From the human T2T-CHM13v2.0 reference genome, Homo sapiens, in NCBI GenBank assembly GCA_009914755.4, contig CP068257.2, forward strand, positions 18,496,001 through 18,560,000: DNA of 64,000 nucleotides, in the 5' to 3' direction. Below are positions 40,969 to 53,795 of the stretch, piece after piece. The notes under the pieces were generated by a model. That model worked only from the letters and a program-made list of their open reading frames with translations, was not told the origin of the DNA and did no database searches. Made by a program: the position numbers and the translations under genes. Positions within the stretch are counted from its first letter, which is position 1. Each line of letters opens with the position of its first letter.

Positions 40969-41262
40969 TGCCGGGTGTAGTGGCTCACACCGTAATCCCA
41001 GCATTCTGGGAGGCTGAGGAAAGTGGATCACGAGGTCAGGAGTTCGAGACGAGACTGGCCACGATGGTGAAACCCGTCTCTACCAAAAATATAAAAAAAT
41101 TAGCTGGGCATGGTGAGGCATGTCTGTATTCCCAGCTACTCAGGAGGGTGAGGCAGGAGAATCGCTTGAACCCAGCAGGTGGAGGTAGCAGTGAGCCGAG
41201 ACCACCACTACACTCCAGCCTGGGCGACAGAGGGAGACTCCATCTCAAAAAATAAATAAATA
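40969..41262 (+). mobile_element. Alu SINE (AluS/AluJ-like)
   Basis: tgccgggtgtagtggctcacaccgtaatcccagcattctgggaggctgaggaaagtggatcacgaggtcaggagttcgagacgagactggccacgatggtgaaacccgtctctaccaaaaatataaaaaaattagctgggcatggtg ... gagactccatctcaaaaaataaataaataaat. Long TSD aatactaggtatacttcc at 40951-40968 and 41263-41280. Confidence 0.9.
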
Positions 41263-44200
41263 AATACTAGGTATACTTCCACCCTATGGTTTAACCATTG
41301 GCTTATTCTTCTCTTGGAATGCTTTTTTACCCAGGTAAACCTTCAAAATTCATGTTTTTAATATGGCCAGCTCTGACAGTTCTATTTGATACTGAAAATT
41401 GTCTATTCCCAATACGTCCCATTAATGCTTCATTCCTGGCAATCCTAAATGCTCTTAGATTGTTTTCTATATTTTGTAGCACATCTTCTATTAACGTGTA
41501 ATTATGTTATAATGGTTTTTATTTTCTACTTTACATTGCCCCCTTTATATAAGCTGTATATAATTGAGAACTTTATTTTGTTCTTTAATATTCAATCACC
41601 TAGAAGGGCACCTAGAACATAATATGCCTCAGATATTTTTGAATACATCTATTGATTAAAGAATTAAAAATTTAACAAAATATATATTTAATTTATCAAT
41701 CAGTTATGCTTTCAATTAAAAATACACTAAGTGCTTATTGTATTCTAATAGTTCTTTTGATTCAACTAAACAAAAGAGAGAATAAAGAGATTAAAAAATG
41801 AAAGGGATTTGAGCCCTATGGATGGAGAGACGCTAAAGTAGATATTAGCACCAATATTCAGAATTTGGAAAACAGGTGAGCTTTTCCTGAACTGGTGAAT
41901 AAAGAAAATCGATGCTTAACATGAATGCAATCATATTTATCTCCTAAGAACTCCAGACATGTACAGGAAGTAAAAGGTCCATGTAAAACTTTAAAACATG
42001 GGCTTATAAAAGGAGGTGGAAACGGGATGACAGGTTAACAATGCAATTGAAATCCCTGTTCCCACTCAGTATAACCAAGCATATCTACACAGACTTCGGA
42101 AGATAGAAATTCAAAATTATTGTAAGCAAACACATTCTCTTAAGACAAGAAATGGAAAGATTTCTCTCAGGTGAAGCCATTCAGCCAAAAAGATAAAACT
42201 AAATCTACTAATAGTTGTAGTTGCCTACTAATAGTTGAAAATGTCCAACCTAATTCACCTCCTCAGAGACTAATTGAAAAATTTTGTGTCTATGAAGCTT
42301 GCAGTATACTAGTGATACAAAAATATGATTAGTTATGCAGGCTTCACTATCCATTTGAATAAAAGTCAGAGTTTGAAAAACACTGAAAAACAAATTTAAA
42401 AAAATAAGAAAATATTCTTCTGTGAAATTTAGGGAGAAAATTTTATCCATGAAACCAAGATAAGAAGAAACATTCAGAGAATAAAAAGAGCTTATGGAAA
42501 TTAAAGTAAGAATGTAGTAAAATAATTCAATGTAAGGATTAGGTCAAGTTAAAGAAATCTATAAAACACAGGGAATTTGATACACATTATAAAACAATTA
42601 AGAATTCAATGATTTGATTCATTGATGTCCAACACTTTAATAATAAAAATTTAGATCTTCAACTCATATTGTGAAAATGAGAGTAGAAATACTATGAAAC
42701 TAATAATTCAGAAGAATATCTTGAAGACAAGCCAATACGTTGTGAAATTTCAGAATAAGGTAGACAAAGAGGGATTTCATATTTTTAGAGAGAATATAAA
42801 GGCAATGGAAGATTACTTGCAAAGGACTAGAAAGTAAAACAGCATGGAGCTTCCGAACAGAGAGACCAAATTTCAAGATCATAAAACAATGCATTCAAAA
42901 TTCTAAACAAATTTGCTTCTAAGGGGAAGACAAAAGGAAATTAAATTGATATCATTCTTGTGGTCTATCAAATAGAGAGCTATCTTCCAATAATGAGGGA
43001 TGGATTCATGAAAAGTATATAGAACACTAATAAATTAAGTAACAAAAGTATTTACTCCAGGAAATAACAAAAGTTGTATAGGAAAGGAAAATTACCATAA
43101 CCTAGCTCTAAAAAGTTTTCATGCTCATAAACATGTGCTCATAACAGTGGAAAACTTGAACATTGATTGTTTTAACTAAAGCAGTACTGGAGCTATATTG
43201 GAAAGTAGGTAGAAAGACATGCATGTGAAAGGGAGAATGAGGAATCTAACAAATGCAAGTGTGCCTTTTTACTTTAGGATGTAGAGAAAATATAAATTTA
43301 AAAATGAAGAAAACAAATTATAATCAGGCCATTTCCAAATACAAAGGTATATTGAGAAAAACGGGGGCAAATCTCAAGAGGTTTCAATTGGTTGCTCTTC
43401 GAACTTCAGGTCATGGCTCATTTCACTGCAATGGCCTAGGGGCTGGTTTTTATTGTAATCTTCCAAAAATAATTAGATTGTTTATATTATACAATGTAAG
43501 ACTTCAGTAAAAATAATGGTAAAAATAACTATCCTTATAATTTCACTCTATCTTTTGTTGGAAAGGAGAATGTTTATCGCCTTTTGTTTTAAGAACTATC
43601 ACTTTATAGGCTTCTTTCCTATTTCCTTTTCTAACTCTAGTGCTCAGTTTCTGCCATAGACACTTGAGGTTTAATGTAAGATTGTTACTGTCATTTTGTC
43701 AGTTGCTTCCTGAAAGGCATGGTGTTCTAATTTCACAGCTGTGCAACTTATAAAATACTGTGATGTAACCTTTAATTGCCATGTGAAGTAAAAAAAGAAA
43801 AAATGTTGGAATAAACATTGGATCCATAATAACATTTTTAATTATTTTTCTCCTGGTGACCAAGGTGCTTGACTAAGCCTTCTAAATCATTTTTGACAAC
43901 CACATGTATTATTTATATCATGACTCGGTATGATTCTTAGAAATGAACAGGTAAAAAGAAGGGGAATTGAACACAGGAAGAATTTAAGTTTTTTAAAGGA
44001 ATCTGCGTACACCTGCAGTCACAGAAATATTAACATTGATAAAAATTTCCTACTGCTTATAGTGTGGGATATATTTTGGAGATACACAGGCATGAATAAA
44101 GTTCATTTATCTGATAAGAACAAAGACAAAATCAAGAACGACATCTCTTTTCTTACCAACCATAATGAATTGTATTGAATACACCAGTTCTTCACCCCTC

Positions 44201-44710
44201 GCTGTATGTAACCCCTTGGCCTTGTTTCTTTTGCTGTACTCTCTTTTCTGACTCTGGGCTTGATCATGGTACTTGATTTGTCAGCACAATGAGGTGGAAA
44301 TGACTGTCTATTCAAGCTTGAGGCCTTAAGAAGATTTCAGTGGTTATGCTTGCTCTTTTATGCTTCTGTGATTGCCATGTGATTGTGGCAGGACTAGACT
44401 GTTGGAAGACTGGAAGACGAGAGACAGAGATGTGGAAGTTGAAATAAGACTGGCCTGAATCATGAAAAGCCAGCTGAGCCACAGCCACCAAGACCTACTG
44501 CTTGTGCCCTCCAGAGCTGCACCCTCTGCCATACTTAGACCGTCTTGAGTCACAACTAGGGCAGCCAAGAAGTGCAACACGGGAATGTGGGGTCAAAGAA
44601 AGACTGGAGATGGCCCTGGGCAGCAAGTCCTGAGGGCCCACAGTCACCTTGAACCCTTCTGCTCTCAAAGCCCTGGCACTCTGGGTCTGTACTGGGCATG
44701 ACAGCCTTGA

Positions 44711-45072
<362 letters not shown>

Positions 45073-45954
45073 AGCTCTTGGCTTTTTTATGTTCACAATA
45101 AGAGCTGCCCTAAAGTAAACTTCAATTACACTGAGGTAAGGGCAAAGATGCCAAATGTACCTGCACAAGAGAGCCTGCCAGGGGTTGTATTTCAATTCTT
45201 TCCAGGAGAATTGACAGGAGTAAAATAGCTTCAACAGAGAGAACAGTGAGTGGACAGCCAGAACACCGGGGGTGAAAGACAACTCAAAAGGGGCCGGGCA
45301 GGTCCTAGGCAAGATGAGCTTCAGACTTGCTGAGGGCAATGACCTCCGTGGGAGAACAGCAACCAGAAACACACACATCCATTGCAGTTTTGAAAAACTG
45401 TAGTTTAGTTGAGGTCACTACCTTGGGTGGGGGATGCTGGATGGCTGCCCTGGGCTCTGGGTTTCACCTGGGCAAGGGGAGTACAGAAAACATTGCATCT
45501 CACTCCTCTTTTCTGTGTATCATAAAATTTTAAGTTAAATTTTTGATGTTTAATTATCCCCTAAAATGTCTGATAAAAGATTAACGACTTTTCAAGGTTG
45601 GATAAATTTGGATGACTCCATTAACAAAGGAAGTTGCTAAAAATCTACATTGCTTTGGAGATGGCCTGGTTTTATGCAGAGGCCATATTTGATTCATCAT
45701 CCTCCCTAATGTGGAATCTTTAAGGTGTTTTCATTTTTTTTCTTGTTCATCCATTATACTTTTGATAATATTTAATTACATGAGTTAGATTTCTAGGCAT
45801 GAAATGAGTGGAATGGCTTAAGTCCTATTTTTGAGTTGATTTCCAGAAATGTTATGGTAATTAACATTTCTAGCAACCTATTAATGCCAATTTCCACTAT
45901 CATTGTGAATTACCATATTTAACAAAGTTTTGGTGTCAGAGATATGAAGATATG

Positions 45955-46105
45955 CTTTTTTTTCTTTCTTCCTTTCTCTTTTAACTCTTACTTTCTCCAT
46001 TCCTCCTTCCTTCTCTTCTTCCCTTTCTCCTTCCCTCTGTTCCCTCTTTTATCTCTTTTCTTTCTTCCTCTCTTCTTTTTTCCTCCTAATCCACCCTTCC
46101 AATTT
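45955..46105. repeat. About 150-bp polypyrimidine (CT-rich) low-complexity tract, polypurine on the minus strand
   Basis: tttttttctttcttcctttctcttttaactcttactttctccattcctccttccttctcttcttccctttctccttccctctgttccctcttttatctcttttctttcttcctctcttcttttttcctcc. The top strand is almost exclusively C/T. Confidence 0.8.
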
Positions 46106-47379
46106 GTTTTTATTAAGACTAGTAAGCCTGAATGGATTATCACAACATTTTCAGAGATTTGTATATATTATTCTGTATTTTTACTATTCATTTATTTTCT
46201 CTGTGCTCTATTTTGGTTTTATATGTTTTTTAACTTTAATGTTTTATTATTCATTTATGAGTCCTCTATATCTAAGATATATAAACTCATGTTTATTTGT
46301 TGCACCTATTTCTACAGTTGCTCTTATCTTTTAACATTTTTATGTATTACTGTGCAATGTTTCAAATTTTCATGGCATCAAATTTATCATTTGTTACCTT
46401 TAATGTTGAAAACACTTTACATAATTATGGATCAATGTAATATCATCTTAATTAAAAGAAAAATGAATATTAAAAGAAGACAAGCATTCAATAAAAAATG
46501 AAGTACCTACTTCCAAAAAAACTAAGAAGCAGTGAGTACACACAATAAAATAAGATTTATATTCCATAGCTTCAAATGGAAAAAGAATGCAAATTTAAAA
46601 CAGGTGAATAATTTTGAGCAATGAGGTTAGAAGGGACCTCAAAGTGCACTAGACACGAAGCAGGATACTTAGACAGTACCATCCTGTGATCTAAGCAAGA
46701 GAGGCTCAATTCTTAGATCAGGGCTTTAGTGATCCTAACCATGAACCATCTGCCCAGCAACTGTAGCACTGAGGGGATACCCTCACATAGAGCCTGAACC
46801 TCTTTCCCAAAATATGATCTGGGACCTTGGCATTCCCCACCCAATTGGCCAAGCCTTCTCCCTGGCCCTCTGCCTTGTCTTTCTGAGAGCCTCATTGGTG
46901 TGCACATTCAGAGGCCAAAGGAATGATGGAAGGGGGTGTAGGTGGAGCCAGCTATGTGGATTTTGTTGTCTAAATGTTTGGTCACAAGGGCAAAAGACAG
47001 ATGCAGTCAAGCATGAGAAGTAAAGAATGCACAGGATGTGAACTGGTGCAGGACAGTTTTCTGGATGTCTTTGAGCCAGTTCAGTTATCCTTCCTTTCTT
47101 CCTTGTAGTCTTCAGAATAACTGTGGAATTTGCTGGGAATGTAATATCTTAAAATAAAGAGTAGCTAGTCAGAATAGCTATGTTCCTGTCTCTGACAGAA
47201 CAAGATATTCTACAATTCTTCAACCAGTGATTCAAATTTGCTCTCAGGGTATAAATCCAGGACAGGCTGCTTTCTGTGGCCCCTCAGCTGTGGTGCAGGA
47301 GGGGCATACTCCGAAAATACTCCAACTACCCTGCACAACTGTCCTGAACCTTGGGGGACCAGCTTGTTATGAATCCTGG

Positions 47380-47690
47380 TTTTCTACTGTCCCTTACTTC
47401 CTATCTGTGTGTAAGGATCCACTTCCTCATACTATCACATTGGCAACACCTGAATTTTTAAGGGGATGCATGCAAACCATAGCACCTTCCTGTTTGTGTG
47501 TCTTAAATCTCTTGTGCCTTCCACTTTACAGGACAAAGCACTTCAGTATAATATTTTTTGGAGATCCTTAACTTAATTACATCAGCAAAGATATTATTTC
47601 CAAATAAGGTCACATCCTTAGATAATGAGCATTAGAACTGGGCATATCTTTTTAGGGGGAACAGGGTCTCAATTCAAACCACTACACTAT
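47380..47690 (+). mobile_element. MLT1-type (ancient MaLR) LTR 3' portion
   Basis: ...ttggagatccttaacttaattacatcagcaaagatattatttccaaataaggtcacatccttagataatgagcattagaactgggcatatctttttagggggaacagggtctcaattcaaaccactac matches the conserved 3' block of MLT1-family LTRs (gagatccttaacttaattacatctgcaaagaccctatttccaaataaggtcaca...). Confidence 0.4.
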
Positions 47691-48034
47691 ATAAAAACTA
47701 ACTTTAAATATAATTTTTTAAAACATCAAACTTATATCCAAAACTTTGGGTACTACACTTTTCTATTATAAATGTGACCTTTAGTAAACCTCATAGTCAC
47801 TCAATATGAAAGGTGACCTGCGAAAATACCTACTCTAACCTCTTTTACAGTTTAGGAAATAGAGAACATAATTTATGCATTTTGAAGTCAGAAATAACAC
47901 AATGTAGAGGCATCATCTTAGTACAGATAGCGTAGGTCAAATCTGGTTGCCACACGTGACCTCTTTGTCACTGGGTGATATAACTTCTTGAGTATTAATT
48001 TTGTCATCTTAAAATTTTGTATTATAATTTTTTT

Positions 48035-48130
48035 ATTATTATTATACTTTCAGTTTTAGGGTACATGGGCACAATGTGCAGGTTTGTTACATATGTATAC
48101 ATGTGCCATGTTGGTGTGCTGCACCTTATA
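48035..48130 (-). mobile_element. L1PA-type extreme 3' terminal fragment (about 95 bp), reverse orientation
   Basis: tttttattattattatactttcagttttagggtacatgggcacaatgtgcaggtttgttacatatgtatacatgtgccatgttggtgtgctgcacc is the rc of the L1 3' UTR end plus A-tail. Confidence 0.7.
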
Positions 48131-49299
48131 GTGTAATTAAAATGATTAAATGAAATAACTCAATCTACTGCAGAACTTGCTACAGAATATTTGCTCAGGA
48201 TATAATAGATATTATTCTGATAAATAAGCTATTCTGATAAAGAGTCACATACAGAAAATGGCAGACCCTCTTCTTGATGCCTCATTCTTGGTCCTATTAC
48301 TCCTTTTACATTAAATGATTGAGCCGTGGATTATCCTGTGTGTGTGTGAAATTTTGGCTCTACCAGTATTCCCAAAGCATCTTAATATTGTGATGCTTTA
48401 TGAAATCCTGATGTCAGTCATTCCACTTTCTTGATGTGCATATTATGAAAGGTTGGAAAAATAAATTTATAGGCACACACATTAGGAACAATAAAAATAG
48501 CAGAAAAATAGTTCTACCTAATAGAAATATAGGTAGAAAATAGAAATAGTTCTACCTAATAGAAAAATAACACGAAATATTACCAATCTTTTCAAAAGAA
48601 ATAAACATTATCTTTCTTTGGTAATGTATATGTAATGTTTATTCATTCACTGGTTATTTTCAAGAAATAAATCATGAACTTCTAAATTGTGCATGGAATC
48701 AAGCTAGATTGAAAAAAAGGTTTTCCCCTCTTATTACTGTGTAGAGTTTAGAGTAGAACTGGGAGAAATATTGGAGGTAGGTTACCCTTGTCTTCCTAGG
48801 AGAAGCATTATCACCTAGTAAACTAATCCCTGCTTTGTGTACTATAAAAATATGCTCATAAATATCATTAAAATATTACACCTAACTGAAGAAAAATATG
48901 TTTTAAAGACATATTTAAATATATGTCCTTAAACATATATTTTATGAAATATGAAACAAACATATTTCATGATTACTTATAGAAAATGTATATATATAGA
49001 TATCAGATTTTCCATTTAATCTTTGTAAATTTAGATTTTGATTTGTCAAGCATACAGATACGTTACAAAGCCGTCAAGAAATTTTTATATTCTTTCTACC
49101 TATATTCAACAATTACTTGTATTTCATCCCATTTTAGTCATATTCTCTATCCTTCTCCCTACTCTTTCCTTCTTCTTCTCTACCTTTACACCATCTATCT
49201 ACCTATCCATCTATCATCAGTCGTTTTTCCCATGTCCTCACCATACCATTTAAGAGTGTGTTCACTTCCTGTGACTTCAATGACAAATCATCACTTAGT

Positions 49300-49740
49300 G
49301 GTTTAATAGATAACTTTGTGGTTTGAAAAAATAGAAATTTGTTCTCTCACAGACCTGGAGACCAGAATTCCAAAGTCAAGTTTTTGGAAATGTCATGTTT
49401 CCCATAGAAGCTATAGGAATAAAATCCATTCCATGCCTCTTCCAGCTTCTGAAAGCTGCCAGCTTTCTTTGGCTTGTGGCCACATCACTCTAATCTCTAC
49501 TTCCTTAATCACGATTTCCTCTTTTTTTCTCCCCAAAATTCATTTTGATCACTTGTATGGGGATACAAGCAATTGCATTTAGGACCCACCTTGGTAATCA
49601 AAGATATTCTCTTTCTCTCTAGATCCTTAACTTAATTGCATCTTTTGCCATATAATGTAATATTGACATGTGTTGTGGATTAAGAATTTTACATCTTTAG
49701 GGGTCTTTTCTAATCCAACCACAATAAGAGATACAGTGAT
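49300..49740 (+). mobile_element. MLT1-type (ancient MaLR) LTR fragment
   Basis: ...ctggagaccagaattccaaagtcaagtttttggaaatgtcatgtttcccatagaagctataggaat...ccatgcctcttccagcttctgaaagctgccagctttctttggcttgtggccacatcactctaatctctacttcc...cacttgtatggggatacaagcaattgcatttaggacccaccttggtaatcaaagatattctc...agatccttaacttaattgcatc. These are collinear with MLT1 LTR consensus blocks. Confidence 0.4.
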
Positions 49741-49939
49741 CCTTTAACCTTAATTTTCTTCAGTATATATTTCCTAAGAAGAAGGGTATTCTCTCAACCA
49801 TGCAACAGATGACAAAAATCAGACAATTCAACATTAATAATAATTAGTGTTTCCCTAGCCATATTAAAGCCTAAGAAACAATAAAAATCAGTAATGTTGA
49901 TCCTGTAAGTATTTAAAATTTTTATATCTTATTTATCTT

Positions 49940-50290
49940 AGTCCTTTCGAGCTGCTACAACAAAAATACTATTGACTGGGTGGCTTAAACATATACTTCT
50001 GACAGTCCTAGAGGCTGTGAAGTCTAAGATCAAGGTGCTGGCAGATTCAGTGTCTGGTGGAGTCCCACGTCCTGGTTCATAGAGACGAATTTCATGCTGT
50101 TTCCTCACAAAGCAGAAAGGGAAAGAGAGAACTCTCTGGATCCCATTTGTAAGGGCACAATCCTGTTTGTGAGGACTTCATTTTATAACCTTATTATTTC
50201 CCAAAGACTCACCTTCTAATAATACCGTCACACTGGGGATTACAAGTTCACCTTTTCATTTTGGAGGGATACATGCAGTTTGTTCAGTTT
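49940..50290 (+). mobile_element. MLT1-type (ancient MaLR) LTR 5' portion
   Basis: gctgctacaacaaaaatactattgactgggtggcttaaacatatacttctgacagtcctagaggctgtgaagtctaagatcaaggtgctggcagattcagtgtctggtggagtcccacgtcctggttcatagagacgaatttcatgctgtttcctcacaaagcagaaagggaaag matches the MLT1 5' block (tgctataacaaaataccatagactgggtggcttaaacaacagaaatttatt...ctggaggctgggaagtccaagatcaaggtgccagcag...). Confidence 0.35.
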
Positions 50291-53200
50291 ATCATGAATT
50301 TTTGCATTGTTTAAAATATTACATTCAAATATTATTTATTGTGATTGCTAAGTTTTTGTGCCACCATAAGTTTTGTGCCCAAGACAAATGACACCCTCAC
50401 TTCACAATATCCCAGTCTTGATCTACAGGCCATATCTAAATTTTATCAATTTTTCCAATACCCTCAATAACAATTTTCTTCTATACAGACTCCTATTAGG
50501 ATCACGATAGCACTTCTTTGTTTATCTCTTATTCTGGAGCTATTTTCAACCTTTCTTTCGTTTCTTAATCTTGATGTTTTGAAGGGTACAGGCCAGTTAT
50601 TTTGTAGAATGTCTGTCAATTTGGATTTATTTTCTATTTTTCGTGTTTGATTCATGTTACGGTGTGTGTGTGTTATGGCAGGAGTATCACTGAGGTGATG
50701 TGGCTTTTTCCACATATTAGAAAGGACATGATATTGCTTTGTTCCACTATTGATGACATTAGGTCAGGTTAAGTTTGGTGGCCTGATTAAAGTGGTATCT
50801 ACCATGTTTATCACACTATAACATTACTATTTTTCTCTTTATAATCATGAAATAATTTGTGGAATATCCTTAGCAACTATGTCTTGTTCATAGTCCAAAT
50901 TTGATTCCTGTACTAGCAACCACTGACAATTTTCTAATTCATTTGTTACTATACTTACAACTTTTTGTATTATATGTATAACTTTATTTTTTACTTAAAA
51001 TTCAACTATAAGGAAGATATTTTAATTCCTTTCGTATAAATGCATGCAAGTATGTATGTATGTTATATCAATTCAGGCATTCATATTTTATTCAATGGTA
51101 CATTAAATTTTTCTTAGTATGGTTAGTGAAAGATCTTCCAGCTGCCTTTTGGATCATTTTGAGGATTCCCCATAATTGTTTGAGCTTTTTCCATATTTTT
51201 GATCCAAACAAGATGTAAAAATATCATCTTGTGCTTTACATGCTCCAATCTAGGGATCGACAGTTTGTCAAAAAATCTTGGTATTTTTTTTAGTAGAGAA
51301 TGGCCTCTCTTGTTTCTGATGATGTCAGCTTTTATTTCTATCATTTTCTTGTATTTAATACGAAAATTTCCCATGACTTCTTTCAATGTTTTCTATTCAT
51401 TTTGGGATGTCACCATTTTCTGTCTTATGTACCTTGGTGTGGCTGTATTTCTCCTGCTTGTAGTTCACTGTTCTTGAATATTTAAGTTTAGGTTTTTCAT
51501 CACATTTAAAAAAATGGTTAGTCATTATTTCTTCAACATAACTTTTCCCAATTCTCTTTCTTCTCACCCATGGGAATGTAAATACACATATAACATTTAA
51601 TATTCTCCCAAAAAATACTGACTTTAAAAATTTTTCTCTCTCCTATTTGTTACTTAAATTCTATTTATTTATCTTGACATTGTCCTACAAACCATTGAGT
51701 TTCTATTATTTTTATTTTTTTATATTATTTTTATATATTATTTTATATATTGTATAAATGCTATAAAATTATCTTCAACTTAACTGACTCCTTTTGTTCT
51801 ATCTATAACTTTCTGGTTTGCCCATTCAGGGAATATAAGAGCATGAATTATAAGAGCATGAGTCATACTTTTTTGATTCTTCACATATCTAGTAATTTCT
51901 TTGTATCGCATGTTAGGCAATCCAAATATATTGTAGAGATTCTGGTTCCAATAATATTTATCTGCAAATGATATTTGTCCAAGAAGTAAATTTCAATTGC
52001 CTAGACCCAAACTTCAAATTCTCTCTCCTTTATGATGGGTAGTAACTGGAAATCTGCATCCTTCCAGACTCTAGCTACTTTATTTGACAAACACCTACAT
52101 GTCTCCTTTATGCTTAAACAGATCAGTGACTAGTCATGAATTTACTGTATATGTGTCAACGTTGGTCTCATTCTTTGTGAAACTCTCTTTCCAGGAATTT
52201 TTTTCCTTTAATTTCCCAGCTAATATACCAGCCCCAAAGTCTGTGTCTGACCTCATGCCTCTGCACCACAGAGATTAGAGAGTACGCTCCAACAAAACCC
52301 TGAAAGCATGCCAATCTCACCTGGAGCAATTCCTATCTTACAGGAGCCACCCTTTTCCAGATTCTTCTTATTTCAGATCCATATATAATTACAGCATTTA
52401 AAAAATACTGTATACAAGTATTATAGTTGTTATCTGTGGGAGATTTGTCTTATACAAATTTCTCTCACATTATTCCAAGCTGGAACATCAAATTTGTTTT
52501 CAATTTTGCAGATTTTCTAAAATTAAAATTTACACTAACTCTAACTACTTAAGATAGAAGTAGAATTGCTCTGGTTAAATAAAGAAATAGAGGTAGAATC
52601 CTGTCCTTTTTCCGGACAAACACATATGTCACAAAATTACCCAGATATACTCCATAATAATTCTAGGTTTTCATAGATAGTTTCAAAATAATTTATCTAT
52701 ATCACATAATGAGTACTTATGAGGGGAAACATATACCATTCAGAATATATTCACATACGTGACCAGAAAAATTGACCATCGGTTTATCACAATCTTCAAG
52801 CCAAACTCCAAAGGACATCTAAAAAATGCACATTACTTTAAATATATTTAAGGCTGCTTTACAATATATTAAATATATTGTATAATTAGCTAAGTGCGGC
52901 ATATATAATTATTGTCATTTTAGTACTGCAACTACTTTATCATTCCACAATAAGAACTGAAAACGTATAATTTTATGACTATATGTGACAGACACTATGT
53001 TAAGAGTTCTGAAAATGTTATCTGACTTTATTTTTACTAAAAGCTTTTGACATAAGGGTTATTAGTCTGATTATACAAAAGTGAAAGCTGAGCTATAAAG
53101 ATATCTTACTACTTACTCAAAGAGAGGCAAATAGTAAAAATATGATCCACAAATCAAACCTCACTTCGTATGCCTGTGAAAACACATTCTTTGAAACATA

Positions 53201-53443
53201 TCATCTTTCATTTCCCAAACAAGGAAAGTGTTTCTCAAAGAATTAAATATTTTGACAAGATTTACATTCATTATAATATAGAGATTGGGCTTAAAACCAG
53301 TTCTTTTAATTGTTGGGCTTAGCCATTTTGTGCTATATAGCATGACAGAAAAAAAAGGAGGAGAGAGACCATATTAGGACATGTAGGGCTATTGCTGCAA
53401 CTCTGAAATTTGAGTAGTTTAACCACATAAAAATGTATTTCTC

Positions 53444-53704
53444 GGCCAGGCGCGGTGGCTCACGCCTGTAATCCCAGCACTTTGGGAGGCCGAGGCAGTC
53501 AGATCACGAGGTCAGGAGATGGAGACCATCCTGGCTAACACAGTGAAAACCCGTCTCTACTAAAAATAAAATAAATTAGCCTGTAGTCCCAGCTACCAGG
53601 GAGGCTGAGGCAGGAGAATGGCGTGAACCCGGAGGCAGAGCTTGCAGTGAGCCGAGATCGCGCCACCGCACTCCAGCCTGGGCGACAGAGCAAGACGCCG
53701 TCTC
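53444..53704 (+). mobile_element. AluY-like SINE with an internal deletion of about 20 bp
   Basis: ggccaggcgcggtggctcacgcctgtaatcccagcactttgggaggccgaggcagtcagatcacgaggtcaggagatggagaccatcctggctaacacagtgaaaacccgtctctactaaaaataaaataaattagcc|tgtagtcccagctaccagggaggctgaggcaggagaatggcgtgaacccggaggcagagcttgcagtgagccgagatcgcgccaccgcactccagcctgggcgacagagcaagacgccgtctc. The gggcgtggtggcgggcgcc block is missing. TSD tatttctc at 53436-53443 and about 53789-53796. Confidence 0.9.
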
Positions 53705-53795
53705 AAACAAACAAACAAACAATATATATATATATATAAAATATATTGTTTTGTATTATATATATATAAATAAATATATAATATATATATTTCTC
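53705..53795. repeat. (CAAA)n followed by a TA-rich microsatellite; an Alu tail
   Basis: aaacaaacaaacaaacaatatatatatatatataaaatatattgttttgtattatatatatataaataaatatataatatatat. Confidence 0.85.

Noticed and set aside
45944-46501. A 185-aa plus-strand ORF, the longest non-L1 ORF in the track
   Set aside because: Its sequence is almost entirely F/L/P/S, read through a 150-bp CT-rich tract followed by AT-rich low-complexity DNA. It has no start context, no domain-like composition and no matching frame conservation, so it is a compositional artefact.
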